64,000 nt of DNA from an uncultured bacterium (GTDB lineage: Bacteria > Bacteroidota > Bacteroidia > Bacteroidales > CAIWKO01). The translations under genes were made by a program, and so were the position numbers. The stretch spans positions 7,289-71,288 of the forward strand of contig CAIOYH010000163.1 in assembly GCA_903862465.1 (NCBI GenBank). The letters are read 5' to 3'. The notes beneath the pieces are model-generated. The model made no database searches, was not told the DNA's origin, and saw only the letters and a program-made list of their open reading frames with translations. This document shows, piece by piece, positions 38,463 through 48,450 of this stretch; positions within the stretch are counted from its first letter, which is position 1, and every line of letters begins with the position of its first letter.

Positions 38463-39896
38463 TTACTTCTTTTCTTTTTTGTTTTCCCCGGGATGAAGTA
38501 TTTCGTCCAAAACCGCTTCAATATTTCCACTTGGGAGTACGGCAGGGCATTGAATATATTTGCCATCAGCACCTATCAACACAAAAGAAGGGTAGGAATA
38601 TACCCCGAATTTTTCTAACAAGTCATAATCATTATTGAAATGTAGAAATGTCCATTTATATTTTCTGTCACGAGCTAAATATGCCATATTAATATTCTCC
38701 CGATCAACTGAAATGCTAATAAACTCGACATCATCATGATACTTCTCGTACAGTTTTTTTATCAACTCCATTTCGTCATTACAGTCAACGCACCAACTAG
38801 CATAAAAATTCAAATATACTATCTTGCCCTTATAACTACTTAATTTAACCAAACTGTCGTTTGTATTACTTAAAGCGAAATCAGGTGCTGCAAATCCTTT
38901 GTCAAAATGCGTATATTGCCAAATCATATTTCTAGCAATGAGTTTATGCGTATCAAATTTGCTTGTGTTCGACAATTGCTTAAGAACTTCAAGAATAGCT
39001 TTCTTGTTGAAATTTGAAGAGGCAAACAATACATCCAATGTCTTCAGAAAAACAATCTCCCGAAGCTTTTCATTTTTCAACAAAGTATCCTTCCCTAAAA
39101 CATCCAGAGCCTCAGCGCAACTTCGATTTGTGTTTACAGGGACCATCAAATCGCTTAAATTAACTTGAAGTGTCAAGTCTTCAAAATAATTATCAAAGAG
39201 ATTGCTTAGAAAAGTCATATACTCAACGTTATCATACAATATGGGCTTCTGATAAATATAATCAATCAGTAACTTCCGATTATCATTATAATTGGTTAGC
39301 AATTTCAGTGATGCCAAACGATATTTCAAATAAGCATTAAAGAAGTCATTATTAGCTAACGCGAAGGTGTCCTTCATGGCAAGTAAAAAAGTATCCAATT
39401 TGTAAAGGATTCTTTGTGTTTTCATCCAAAATATATTGTCTTTGACGAAACGATTGTAATTAATATTGAGCCTTTGTATAAGCTTATTCAAATCGTTTTT
39501 ATCAGCGGTCAAAACTTTAATGTAACACGTCAAGGGGTTGAGGTTGTAATTTATTCTATCAATCTTCTGATTGAAAATTAAGTTTTTTATTTCGATAAAA
39601 AGGTTTTGATTAGGTTCAATATAAAGCTCACCAGTGTAATATTCTATATGAATTATTGCGAGAGTTGTTGATGGGATTTTACATGTAAGCTCAAAGTTTC
39701 CGGCTGAATCTATCACAGTTTTAGCTAGTAGTTGTTCAGTAAACGTCAAATTGTCCGCATAAGATTTTATCGTGATAGTTTTGCCGCCTGCTTCCTTTGC
39801 TATACCTTTTATTATAACAGTCTGCCCAATAGCATTACTAAAAAACAATACCAATAAAAATAGCCTGAGATAAACAAGAAATGAATGAAACTTCAT
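38463..39896 (-). CDS. TlpA-like thiol:disulfide oxidoreductase (thioredoxin fold) with a long N-terminal domain
   Basis: APDFALSNTNDSLVKLSSYKGKIVYLNFYASWCVDCNDEM contains the WCxxC thioredoxin motif. An N-terminal signal/anchor is present. Confidence 0.8.
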   Translation of the reverse strand: MKFHSFLVYLRLFLLVLFFSNAIGQTVIIKGIAKEAGGKTITIKSYADNLTFTEQLLAKTVIDSAGNFELTCKIPSTTLAIIHIEYYTGELYIEPNQNLFIEIKNLIFNQKIDRINYNLNPLTCYIKVLTADKNDLNKLIQRLNINYNRFVKDNIFWMKTQRILYKLDTFLLAMKDTFALANNDFFNAYLKYRLASLKLLTNYNDNRKLLIDYIYQKPILYDNVEYMTFLSNLFDNYFEDLTLQVNLSDLMVPVNTNRSCAEALDVLGKDTLLKNEKLREIVFLKTLDVLFASSNFNKKAILEVLKQLSNTSKFDTHKLIARNMIWQYTHFDKGFAAPDFALSNTNDSLVKLSSYKGKIVYLNFYASWCVDCNDEMELIKKLYEKYHDDVEFISISVDRENINMAYLARDRKYKWTFLHFNNDYDLLEKFGVYSYPSFVLIGADGKYIQCPAVLPSGNIEAVLDEILHPGENKKEKK

Positions 39897-39942
39897 AATA
39901 AGTTTATTAGATAACGCCTATTCGCTATATTTTATTTTACGA

Positions 39943-40401
39943 TTAAATTTTGATACGCTCAGGTATAAACTGTCTAATACCCCCCCCATTTCTGTAAATG
40001 TCACGAACCACTGATGAATTCAATGCATTATATTCTGGCAAAGCTAGTAAAAAGACAGTCTCAATTTCCGAATAGATTTGTTTATTCATCTGACCGATAC
40101 CTCTCTCGAATTCAAAATCGGCGGACGTTCGCAATCCTCTTAGAATATAGGTCGAATGCTTGAAACGACAATAGTCTATCGTTAGCCCAACGTAAGAATC
40201 AATTTCAATCTGAGGATAATCTGAAAAAACCTCCATAAGCCATTGAATCCTTTGTTCCAATGAAAAAAGATATTTCTTTTCAGAGTTCACACCTACCGCC
40301 ACTATTATAGTATCGAACAAACCTAAACTCCGAAGAATGACCGATTCATGACCTTTCGTTATTGGGTCAAATGAACCCGGGAAAACTGCAATACGTTTCA
40401 T
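39943..40401 (-). CDS. coaD: Phosphopantetheine adenylyltransferase
   Basis: MKRIAVFPGSFDPITKGHESVI (T/HxGH nucleotidyltransferase motif) and ..ILRGLRTSADFEFE.. are typical of CoaD, as is the ~150-aa length. Confidence 0.9.
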   Translation of the reverse strand: MKRIAVFPGSFDPITKGHESVILRSLGLFDTIIVAVGVNSEKKYLFSLEQRIQWLMEVFSDYPQIEIDSYVGLTIDYCRFKHSTYILRGLRTSADFEFERGIGQMNKQIYSEIETVFLLALPEYNALNSSVVRDIYRNGGGIRQFIPERIKI

Positions 40402-40565
40402 AAAATTATATTTTAGGCAAAACTACAAAATGTTTTTTACAAATAGCACGTCTTTTAATTCTTTTGAAAAAACAAGATTACATCTAGTCATCTTTAAATG
40501 GAGCGAAATAGGTGTTTTGCCATTTTATTATAATCTCTAAAGATTGTCAAACAATGGATAAAAAA

Positions 40566-40593
40566 ATAGGATTTAGTATTAGCTAAATCCTAT
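40566..40593. terminator. Hairpin terminator downstream of 40626..41156 (minus strand)
   Basis: ataggatttag / ctaaatcctat 11-bp stem flanked by an A-run and a T-run. Confidence 0.6.
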
Positions 40594-40625
40594 TTTTCAA
40601 AAACAATAAAAATGTTGTATTCTTA

Positions 40626-41156
40626 TCAAGGAGCTTGCGTAAGTGCTGGATTTTTTGTAGATACACTTTCTGAACCTTGGTTTTGAGCAGTTGTTACACC
40701 GTGAATTAAAATCGGAACCATAACAGATTGTGTTACTTCGTTTGAAGCATAAGAAACCGTAAGTGGTGTGGACTTTTTATCAGCTTTAAAGTATAAACAC
40801 GTATGATAATCTCCTGATGGAATAGGTTTGTTATGATAGCGTTGAACAATCACGATTTGTGATTCGCCTGGAGCCAAAGTCACTTTGCGGGGAAAGATTT
40901 TTAAATATAAATCAGCGGATTCATTTCCTGCATCAGTTTTATCTACAGGGATGTAACTGCCATCTTCTGCGAGTTTGTATTGAACAAAAGATATAGAATA
41001 AACCACTGTATCTTTTTCCGTATTCACTAAATTGAGTTCTTCTTTTTGTTTGGTATCATCGAACTCAATTCTTGGGGTAGTCGTTGTGCTTTGAGCCCAT
41101 AACCTGAGGCTAGGACCTGACACAAGAACTAATAATATTAAAAAGAATCGTTTCAT
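40626..41156 (-). CDS. Small secreted protein, unknown function (possibly an Ig/PapD-like beta-sandwich)
   Basis: Signal peptide MKRFFLILLVLVSGPSLRLWAQ. The beta-rich segment VTLAPGESQIVIVQRY is reminiscent of chaperone/usher-type folds, but only weakly. Confidence 0.6.
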   Translation of the reverse strand: MKRFFLILLVLVSGPSLRLWAQSTTTTPRIEFDDTKQKEELNLVNTEKDTVVYSISFVQYKLAEDGSYIPVDKTDAGNESADLYLKIFPRKVTLAPGESQIVIVQRYHNKPIPSGDYHTCLYFKADKKSTPLTVSYASNEVTQSVMVPILIHGVTTAQNQGSESVSTKNPALTQAP

Positions 41157-41271
41157 AATGTTGTTTATTTTGGATTGTTTTTGAAATTATCTGCCAAATT
41201 CATTTCAGCTTCTTTCGCCAACAAAAATTTCTACTTTTATAAATACAAAAGTACTACAAGGCGGAAAAATA

Positions 41272-41349
41272 TCGTGTAGGACAATTCCTAAATTCGTGTA
41301 GGACATGTCTGATTTTAGAGTAGGTATAATCCTACACGCTTGTAGGACG
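41272..41349. promoter_or_regulatory. Cluster of four GTAGGAC-core motifs (two 12-bp direct repeats, one inverted copy, one further direct copy) upstream of 40626..41156
   Basis: tcgtgtaggaca occurs at 41272-41283 and again at 41294-41305 (22-bp spacing). gtagg-tataat-cctac forms a hairpin at about 41319-41337. gtaggac recurs at 41342-41348. Confidence 0.5.
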
Positions 41350-41565
41350 CCATAATTTAGTATGCAGGTATTCAGGGTTCTGATTTTTTTTAGTATGTTT
41401 GCTTGATAAGAGCAAAAGTGAGGGTGAGAATAAATAGTGATAAAAAATGAAAAGCGGTGGTAGAAAATAATAAATTAGTTTGAAGAATTCTTATAAAAAT
41501 TTAGAAAGGGAAAGTATAAATGAAAAGGTGTTGGAGGGATCTTTGAGATTCTAAAAATTGTCCAT

Positions 41566-43086
41566 CTACACGTTTTCCGTTGGTAACAAATTCAACTTGA
41601 TTGGACAGTTTACACAATTATAATCAAAGTTGGACTGCATTTTTTTCTGTCGCACGTGTGTGAAAGCATCATTAAAGAAAACGTCATAAAGTGAAGTGTT
41701 TTCGTTGAGTATTCCCATGGAGTTGTTATAATAGGAGCAGGGCAAAATTTTCTGTTGATCAACGATCATAATTTCATTAAAAGGGCGCAAACAAGATGCC
41801 TCCAATAAAAATCCGAAATCCTTATCCTCTCCTTTGGCATAAAACGTTTCTTTGGATTCAATGATTTCCTCATCTTGATTATCAGCCTTCACATTTCTAA
41901 AATCTGACAAATCCATGTTCACAATTCCATCAGACACATATACTTCTTCCGTTTCAAAAGGTTCAGGCAAGCGCACATCTAAATTATATTTTCGCGATTC
42001 ATCCACTATCAATTGCCTAAAATAGTTGTATTTTGCTTTATTATTGCTAAGCATTTCCTCGTGTTCACTAAAATAGATATTGCCCACCACGTGTCTAAAG
42101 TCAATTATACCAACCCCCAATTCAGCACACATCACGACAAAGGCAACTGCTTCCTCGATATTTGAATTCATCAACACAAAATCCATAAATAGTAAGGGAA
42201 ATGTTCGTTTAAATCGTTTTTTCAAATCGCGCAATGCCATTATATTGCTTAATATCAAATCATAATTGGCTCCCGCACGAATCTTCTCTAAAGTTTGTTT
42301 CTTCACACTGTCAAAGGATAATATTACGTGCGAACAGTTGTTTTCAATGATAATTTTCCTCGCCTTGGAATTTAGCAACATGCCATTGGTACACAACCCT
42401 ATCTCCATGTGTGGATAATTCTGATGCAACATGCGCATAATATCGTCAAAATGCTTCGACATCAGCGGCTCAAATCCGCAGGAAAGCATGATGTGTTTCA
42501 CATAAGGTGCAATATCATGCAAATAATGCTGCAATTCCTCGGCAGTAATAGCTTTTGTGGGTTGCGAATAAATTTCCTGCTCCTTGTAATGACACATGAT
42601 GCATTTCAAGTTGCACTTATTGGTGATATCCATCCGAACAGTAAGCCAAGGATGCGTCTTCAATGTCTGCTTAAACTTCTGCTCAAGTAAAGATTGAGTA
42701 GCAATAGTTTCATGTTTTTCATCATCCACCTCAATTTCTCTAATCTCCGATGGATTGAGGTCTAACATTAGTGGGATTTTTTTTGATATGCCATCAGATA
42801 ATTCCACCACAACCTCTAATTCCAAGCCTCCACGCAAATCAATTGCTTCCTTTTCGGCTATGATGCGAAATCCGCTATGATTATTATCCGAAAACCCCTT
42901 AAAATGTTGTGCCACATCTGCCCTCAACAAACCGTAATCGAAATGATAGCCTGCTGAATCTGCGTTGACAACTCGTATATTTATAATTTTATGAAAACAC
43001 AACAGCCATCCCTCAATTTGATTCGACTGTAGCACATTATCCGCTTTGGCAGGAAAATCAATGCAATATAGGAAGTTGATTATCAT
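41566..43086 (-). CDS. Radical SAM enzyme with a SPASM/twitch-like C-terminal Cys cluster and an extra ~150-aa N-terminal domain
   Basis: ITNKCNLKCIMCHY is the CX3CX2C motif. C-terminal cysteines occur in CLRPFNEIMI..ILPCSYY and NCVNCPIK. The N-terminal IEGWLL..RADVAQHF segment resembles domains seen on polysaccharide-modifying enzymes. Confidence 0.8.
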   Translation of the reverse strand: MIINFLYCIDFPAKADNVLQSNQIEGWLLCFHKIINIRVVNADSAGYHFDYGLLRADVAQHFKGFSDNNHSGFRIIAEKEAIDLRGGLELEVVVELSDGISKKIPLMLDLNPSEIREIEVDDEKHETIATQSLLEQKFKQTLKTHPWLTVRMDITNKCNLKCIMCHYKEQEIYSQPTKAITAEELQHYLHDIAPYVKHIMLSCGFEPLMSKHFDDIMRMLHQNYPHMEIGLCTNGMLLNSKARKIIIENNCSHVILSFDSVKKQTLEKIRAGANYDLILSNIMALRDLKKRFKRTFPLLFMDFVLMNSNIEEAVAFVVMCAELGVGIIDFRHVVGNIYFSEHEEMLSNNKAKYNYFRQLIVDESRKYNLDVRLPEPFETEEVYVSDGIVNMDLSDFRNVKADNQDEEIIESKETFYAKGEDKDFGFLLEASCLRPFNEIMIVDQQKILPCSYYNNSMGILNENTSLYDVFFNDAFTHVRQKKMQSNFDYNCVNCPIKLNLLPTENV

Positions 43087-43098
43087 AAAAAGCCTATC

Positions 43099-45249
43099 TT
43101 ATTTTAATCCGAAATTATGTACACCTAACGAAAGATTCGGATTATAACATGGGTCGTTCTCCACATAGTTTTTCCATTTCTTTCTAAAAAGATTCACTTC
43201 TTTGACGTGTTTTTTATAGGATTCGCTTGTACTGTGTGGATGTCCACGCGACATAGATTCGTAGTGATACAACTCACAATGGGGGACATATAAGTTGCGA
43301 TAGCCCGCTTCAAGCACCTTCAAACAAAAATCCACATCATTATACTCTGTGCCAAAACTTTCGTCAAAGCCACCTACTTCATCAAAAACTTTTGTACGCA
43401 CCATAAAACAAGCACCGGTAACAGCAGAATAGGTGTTCAATATGTTTACATAATTAAAATAACCCGGACCCTCACGGTCTTCGCCAACCAAGACATGACC
43501 TGCTGCGCCTCCAAGCCCAATAATCACCCCTGCATGTTGAATCGTATCATTGTCATATAAAAGCTTAGCTCCTACCACGCCCACTTCTTTCCGTTGCGCA
43601 TGTTCCATCATCGCTTCTAGCCAATCAGGAGTAATCACTTCCGTGTCATTATTCAGCAAAAGCAAGAATTCGCCCGTTGCATGTTTTCTTCCTAAATTAA
43701 TCAAACGAGAAAAATTGAATGCTTCTTTGTCTTGAATACATTTAAAAGAAATAGCATTCTGTTTTGTGTATTGTTTCACTAAATGAAAGAATTCCTTTTG
43801 GTCGCTGTTATTATCAATCAAAATGATTTCAAAATTTCGATAGGTTGATTTCTTTTCAATGGATCTTAAACACTTCTTTAATAGCTCTGCTTGGTTTTTG
43901 GAAGGAATAATGATGCTCACCTTAGCGTTTCTATTCACCAATCCGAAACGAATACTATACCCCCTGAAACTATCTAAGAAATCGACCGTAGCTTCCATGC
44001 CGCGACGTCTCATGGCTTCGGTGAGTGCCATCTGAGCTGCTCGATATGCATAAGGCTTCACAGCTTCGCTCATGGCGGCACTTTCGCTGTGGATGCGCCA
44101 ATGATACAGCACTTCAGGGATATGAATCACATTATTATAGATTTCTGTGTAGCGTAAAATCAAATCATAATCCTGACTGCCTTCATAGCCCACGCGCCAT
44201 CCACCAACATCACGAAGTTGTGCAGTTTTGAATACACACACATGACCAAGATAGTTTCTAGAAAGCAAGTTGTCAGGACACCAATCCGGTTTGAAATGTG
44301 GGTCGGAATGCAATCCCCATTCATCAATTTTATCCTCGTCAGAATAAATCAAGTCAGCGCCGCCTTTTCTGTTGATAGCTTTGGCTATTTCATAGAGCGC
44401 ATCTTCGCGCAGAATATCATCATGATCCATCAACACAGCATATTCACCTGTTGCTAATTCGAGTGCAGAGTTTGATGCGCGTGAGATATGTCCGTTTTGT
44501 TCTCGATACACCACTTTGATGCGTTGATCTGCTTTGCAATATCTTTCAAGGGTTTCTCTGATTTCAACGTCCGTAGAATTATCATCAGCAATACATATTT
44601 CCCAATACTCATAAATCTGACCAATAATCGAATCTAATGCTTTTGTAAACAAATCAATTCGAGGATTATACACAGGCATCACAATGCTAAACAAAGGGCG
44701 TTGATTGAAGCTATTGATACTTCTTTTGTGTTGTTTGATGATTTCTTTGTTCAACCTTTTTCGCATCAGATATTGCGAATAGTGAGCCGTCGTGGCAAGA
44801 TAATTTCCCACCACTTCAATGATCACCACCTTACGAGTTTCGAACATAAGATATAGCGTACGAAACACTTTGGTCAGAAACAAGCGAAAAATGCGTCCGC
44901 CGCGTTTGAAGATATATTGAAATAAAATAGTAAAGAAGTTTCGCTTCTTTCCTTTATTTACATTTGATCGGAGTCTGCTAAGATACAAATAGAAAAACTT
45001 TCGGAGTTTTACTAAGGTGCTGTTTTCGAGTATAGCCAATTGTTGAATCAACTTGTCCATGCTTCGCAAAGCCGTGTCAAGCTGTTTGTTCAATTCCTCT
45101 ATCTCTCTTGATGCTCGCTTAAACTGTTTTTTCCAATAATGTGGGTCGCCTTCATCTCCCAAATCAGATGAATCAACGGATTCATTCAGTTTTAGTTTAT
45201 CCTTTTCACGGTCTTTTTTACCCTGCATATTATATTCGCTTCGCATCAT
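43099..45249 (-). CDS. Dual-domain GT2 glycosyltransferase with an N-terminal coiled-coil region
   Basis: It has two GT2 cores. The first is FSIVMPVYNPRIDLFTKALDSIIGQIYEYWEICIADDNSTD...DHDD. The second is VSIIIPSKNQAELLKKCLRSIEKKSTYRNFEIILIDNNSD...NNDTE. The N-terminus is charged and heptad-like. Confidence 0.85.
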   Translation of the reverse strand: MMRSEYNMQGKKDREKDKLKLNESVDSSDLGDEGDPHYWKKQFKRASREIEELNKQLDTALRSMDKLIQQLAILENSTLVKLRKFFYLYLSRLRSNVNKGKKRNFFTILFQYIFKRGGRIFRLFLTKVFRTLYLMFETRKVVIIEVVGNYLATTAHYSQYLMRKRLNKEIIKQHKRSINSFNQRPLFSIVMPVYNPRIDLFTKALDSIIGQIYEYWEICIADDNSTDVEIRETLERYCKADQRIKVVYREQNGHISRASNSALELATGEYAVLMDHDDILREDALYEIAKAINRKGGADLIYSDEDKIDEWGLHSDPHFKPDWCPDNLLSRNYLGHVCVFKTAQLRDVGGWRVGYEGSQDYDLILRYTEIYNNVIHIPEVLYHWRIHSESAAMSEAVKPYAYRAAQMALTEAMRRRGMEATVDFLDSFRGYSIRFGLVNRNAKVSIIIPSKNQAELLKKCLRSIEKKSTYRNFEIILIDNNSDQKEFFHLVKQYTKQNAISFKCIQDKEAFNFSRLINLGRKHATGEFLLLLNNDTEVITPDWLEAMMEHAQRKEVGVVGAKLLYDNDTIQHAGVIIGLGGAAGHVLVGEDREGPGYFNYVNILNTYSAVTGACFMVRTKVFDEVGGFDESFGTEYNDVDFCLKVLEAGYRNLYVPHCELYHYESMSRGHPHSTSESYKKHVKEVNLFRKKWKNYVENDPCYNPNLSLGVHNFGLK

Positions 45250-45463
45250 GTAAATGCAAAAATACTAAATTTATAGAAAGTAGAAGATTAATGTACAACA
45301 AAAAAATGTTAATCAAGGTTAACGGGAGTTCTATAAATTGCTTTTTCATCGTTGGACTTTAATTTTTAAAATGCTCATTTACCTTAGTAAACTCCGCTTT
45401 TAAAAATCTTGTCCGCCTCGAAAAATCTAATTTATAGAATCCCTCTTGCGTCTTGTTATCTTC

Positions 45464-45500
45464 AAAAAAAAGGATAAGTACATTGCAGTTGTATTCATCC
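45464..45500 (-). terminator. Candidate rho-independent terminator of ilvE
   Basis: On the minus strand, ggatgaatac..gtacttatcc forms an imperfect 10-bp stem followed by T8. Confidence 0.5.
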
Positions 45501-45544
45501 TTTTGCAAATGATATTTGTCTTTTATACAAAGACATCCGAAAAA

Positions 45545-46564
45545 CTACTCAATCACATGTGTCCACCCAAACGTATCAGGCTCATCACCATATTGTATGG
45601 CACGCAAACGATTGTATAATTTCGTGGAAACCGGACCTGCATTACCATCAGGGCAATATTCATATACGGCTCCTGTGTCACGATCTTGTATCTTTTTGAT
45701 AGGCGAAATAACGGCAGCAGTGCCGCATGCACCCACTTCGTCGAAATCGGCTAATTCTCCGACAGCTATGGAACGCAACTCAACCTTCATGCCCATATCT
45801 TCAGCCAAAGCACGCAGACTCATGTTGGTGATTGATGGCAGAATAGATTTTGATTGTGGTGTGATGTAACTATTTCCTTTTATGGCAAAGAAATTGGCGG
45901 GACCCGCTTCATCAATAAATTTTTTTTCATGGGCATCTAAAAAGATAGCAGTGGCATAGCCTTCTTTGTGTGCACGTTGTCCTGCAATCAAACTTGCCGC
46001 ATAATTGCCACCCACTTTGATATGTCCTGTTCCCAAAGGAGCAGCGCGATCAAAATCTCGAATAATTTGCACATTCACCGGTTTGAATCCTTCTTTGAAA
46101 TATGGACCAACGGGGGTAACAAAAATCATAAATAAGTATTCATCAGCAGGCTGCACACCTACTTTGGGTCCTGAACCTATCAACAAAGGTCGAATATACA
46201 ACGAAGAACCGGTGTCTTGGGGTGGTACGTAACCTATGTTAAGGTTCACCACAAGTTCCATGGCTTCTTTGAATAATTCAGTAGGAACGGGTTGCATCAT
46301 AATACCTTCTGCCGACCTGTTGAGGCGTTTGGCGTTTTCTTCCCAACGAAAAACGCGAATTTTATCATCTTTACATCTGAAAGCTTTCAATCCCTCAAAA
46401 GCCTCTTGTCCATAGTGCAAACACGTGGCTGCCATGTGGATGTTAACGGTTTCGGACGAGGATACTTCTAGTTTGCCCCATTGTCCATTGCGCCAATAGC
46501 AGCGCACATTATAATCGGTTTTTTGATAACCGAACGGAAGATTTTTCCAATCAATATTTGACAT
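45545..46564 (-). CDS. ilvE: Branched-chain amino acid aminotransferase (class IV)
   Basis: 339 aa. HYGQEAFEGLKAFR, RPLLIG and GNYAASL are typical of long-form IlvE. Confidence 0.9.
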   Translation of the reverse strand: MSNIDWKNLPFGYQKTDYNVRCYWRNGQWGKLEVSSSETVNIHMAATCLHYGQEAFEGLKAFRCKDDKIRVFRWEENAKRLNRSAEGIMMQPVPTELFKEAMELVVNLNIGYVPPQDTGSSLYIRPLLIGSGPKVGVQPADEYLFMIFVTPVGPYFKEGFKPVNVQIIRDFDRAAPLGTGHIKVGGNYAASLIAGQRAHKEGYATAIFLDAHEKKFIDEAGPANFFAIKGNSYITPQSKSILPSITNMSLRALAEDMGMKVELRSIAVGELADFDEVGACGTAAVISPIKKIQDRDTGAVYEYCPDGNAGPVSTKLYNRLRAIQYGDEPDTFGWTHVIE

Positions 46565-46690
46565 AATTATTGCTCTCTCTTTAGTGAATAAAAACGGGCA
46601 AATTTATACATATATTCAATACAAAAAGTAATCTGTATGAAATTTTTTTATAGGAATTTCAATTGCATTGATTTTCTTATTCTTATACAT

Positions 46691-46715
46691 AAAAAAAGAC
46701 GGGTTTTAGCCCGCC
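46691..46715 (-). terminator. Candidate rho-independent terminator of the Fe-S protein gene
   Basis: On the minus strand, ggcggg-ctaaaa-cccgtc (6-bp stem with one G-U pair) is followed by T7. Confidence 0.55.
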
Positions 46716-46748
46716 TTTCTAGTGATTTGTTTGCGTTTTATTACGAAT

Positions 46749-47613
46749 TTATACCCATTCTTCTTGAAGAATTTTACCACTTATGCCGATGACAACCGCT
46801 TTGATGGGCACTTTGCGTGTAGCTTTCTGCATAGCAGCTTTTGTCATTTGTAGAATACCTCCGCAGCAGGGGACTTCCATCATCAATACCGTGAGGGTAT
46901 TCACATTGGCATCGTCAATCATTGCAGTGATTTTTTTCTACATAGACTTCCATGTTTGAATCCAATTTCGGACACGCGATAACCAAGGATTTCCCTTTCA
47001 GGAATTCGTTGTGGAAATTGCCATACGAAAAAGCGACGCAATCGGCTGCTACAACCACATCCGCATTGCGAAAGTAGGGAGCATTCGGATTGACCAAATG
47101 CAATTGTATGGGCCATTGGCGCAATTGTGAATCAACCACGGCATTGTTAGCTGTTGCTGTTGAAGTTTCTTCTTGCCTCATGTCCATCATTTTTGAACCC
47201 GGGCAACCACCATGATGGTGTTCATTTTGATTGTTGTGTGTTTCCATTTTAAACTCATTTATAATTTCTGAATAAATATTTTGTTCTGACAAATAGGTAA
47301 TCGCTTCTTTCACGTATCCCAACTCGTTGTGTTCGCGCAGATGGCGCAAATGAGCCAAAACAGTGAGCTTTCCTTCTTTTGAAATCCGTTCGATAACTTT
47401 CAATTCACTGTAAGGTTCAGCTTCACGTTCCTCTAATATAATAGCTCCTTCGGGACAATCGCCTATGCAGGCGCCCAAGCCGTCGCAAAACAGTTCGCTG
47501 ATTAGGCGAGCTTTGTTGTCAATAATTTGAAGTGCGCCTTCGTGACATCCCATGACACAAAGCCCACATCCCGTACATTTTTCTTCGTCAATTTTAATAA
47601 TTGTTCGCTTCAT
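46749..47613 (-). pseudogene. 4Fe-4S dicluster-domain protein, frame broken by one extra base in the T7 run at 46931-46937 (A7 on the coding strand); probably a homopolymer sequencing error
   Basis: ATG 47613 gives MKRTIIKIDEEKCTGCGLCVMGCHEGAL..CDGLGACIGDCPEGAI, two CxxCxxCxxxC(P)-type ferredoxin cluster motifs. Removing one A extends ..VYVEK into ITAMIDDANVNTLTVLMMEVPCCGGILQMTKAAMQKATRKVPIKAVVIGISGKILQEEWV*. That adds 63 stop-free codons ending at 46749. Confidence 0.8.
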
Positions 47614-47883
47614 TTTTGTTGTAATTTTAAATAGGTAATCAAGTACCCAAAGGTATATATAAATACGGACATAGAGCACATATAGTATTCGTATTTCGTT
47701 CTAAATTATAAATAACTAAAAAACAGCTATCAGCAATATTAATTTATAAGCATTTTGTTGAAAAGAAGGTGGATTTTGATGAAATTCCTGCTTGAATTCT
47801 GTCAAAAAAACATCATATTTGGAAAGATAGCGGAAAAAAGCTTGCAAAATCGTGTCTGTTTTCACGATTTCAAACTGCAGCAA

Positions 47884-48297
47884 TCATGCAGTTGGGGTGA
47901 TGTAATCGCTCAGTTTTTGAGAGGCAAAATAATCGTGAAGTTCGGTGGTCACCTTGTGAACAATTCCATTCATCAAACATTTATCCATAGGGCAAACTTG
48001 ATTTTCAAAAGGACAATCATTTAAGGACATTTCTCCTTCAATTAACTCATATATATTCAAGAGTGTGATTTCATGGGCAGGTTTGCCCAACACAAAACCC
48101 CCCGACGAACCACGAGTGGATATAACATAATTGTTTTTCACCAAACGTTGCATGACTTTGGCAATATGATTTTTTGATGCACCCGTCAACTCGGACAGCG
48201 TTTTGACGTTTGTATTATTTCTTTGTGATTTTGCAATGATTACCATAACATGAATCGCAATAGACGCTGCTTCGGAAATACCTACGATACGAGCCAT
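47884..48297 (-). CDS. Rrf2-family transcriptional regulator
   Basis: MARIVGISEAASIAIHVMVIIAK...ELTGASKNHIAKVMQRLVKNNYVISTRGSSGGFVL is an Rrf2 wHTH. Three C-terminal Cys residues (CPFENQVCPMDKC) could bind an Fe-S cluster. Confidence 0.85.
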   Translation of the reverse strand: MARIVGISEAASIAIHVMVIIAKSQRNNTNVKTLSELTGASKNHIAKVMQRLVKNNYVISTRGSSGGFVLGKPAHEITLLNIYELIEGEMSLNDCPFENQVCPMDKCLMNGIVHKVTTELHDYFASQKLSDYITPTA

Positions 48298-48450
48298 AAG
48301 GAATAGTTTTTGTTATATATAATATATGGTGTGTTTGTTTTCATACTAGAGGATGCCGATGCGCATGATATTTGACATCAAAGATATAGACTTCTGTAAA
48401 GTAAAAGTCAAGCTTGAGGAAGCAGAGGACAAAGGGCGCATAGGGTTATT

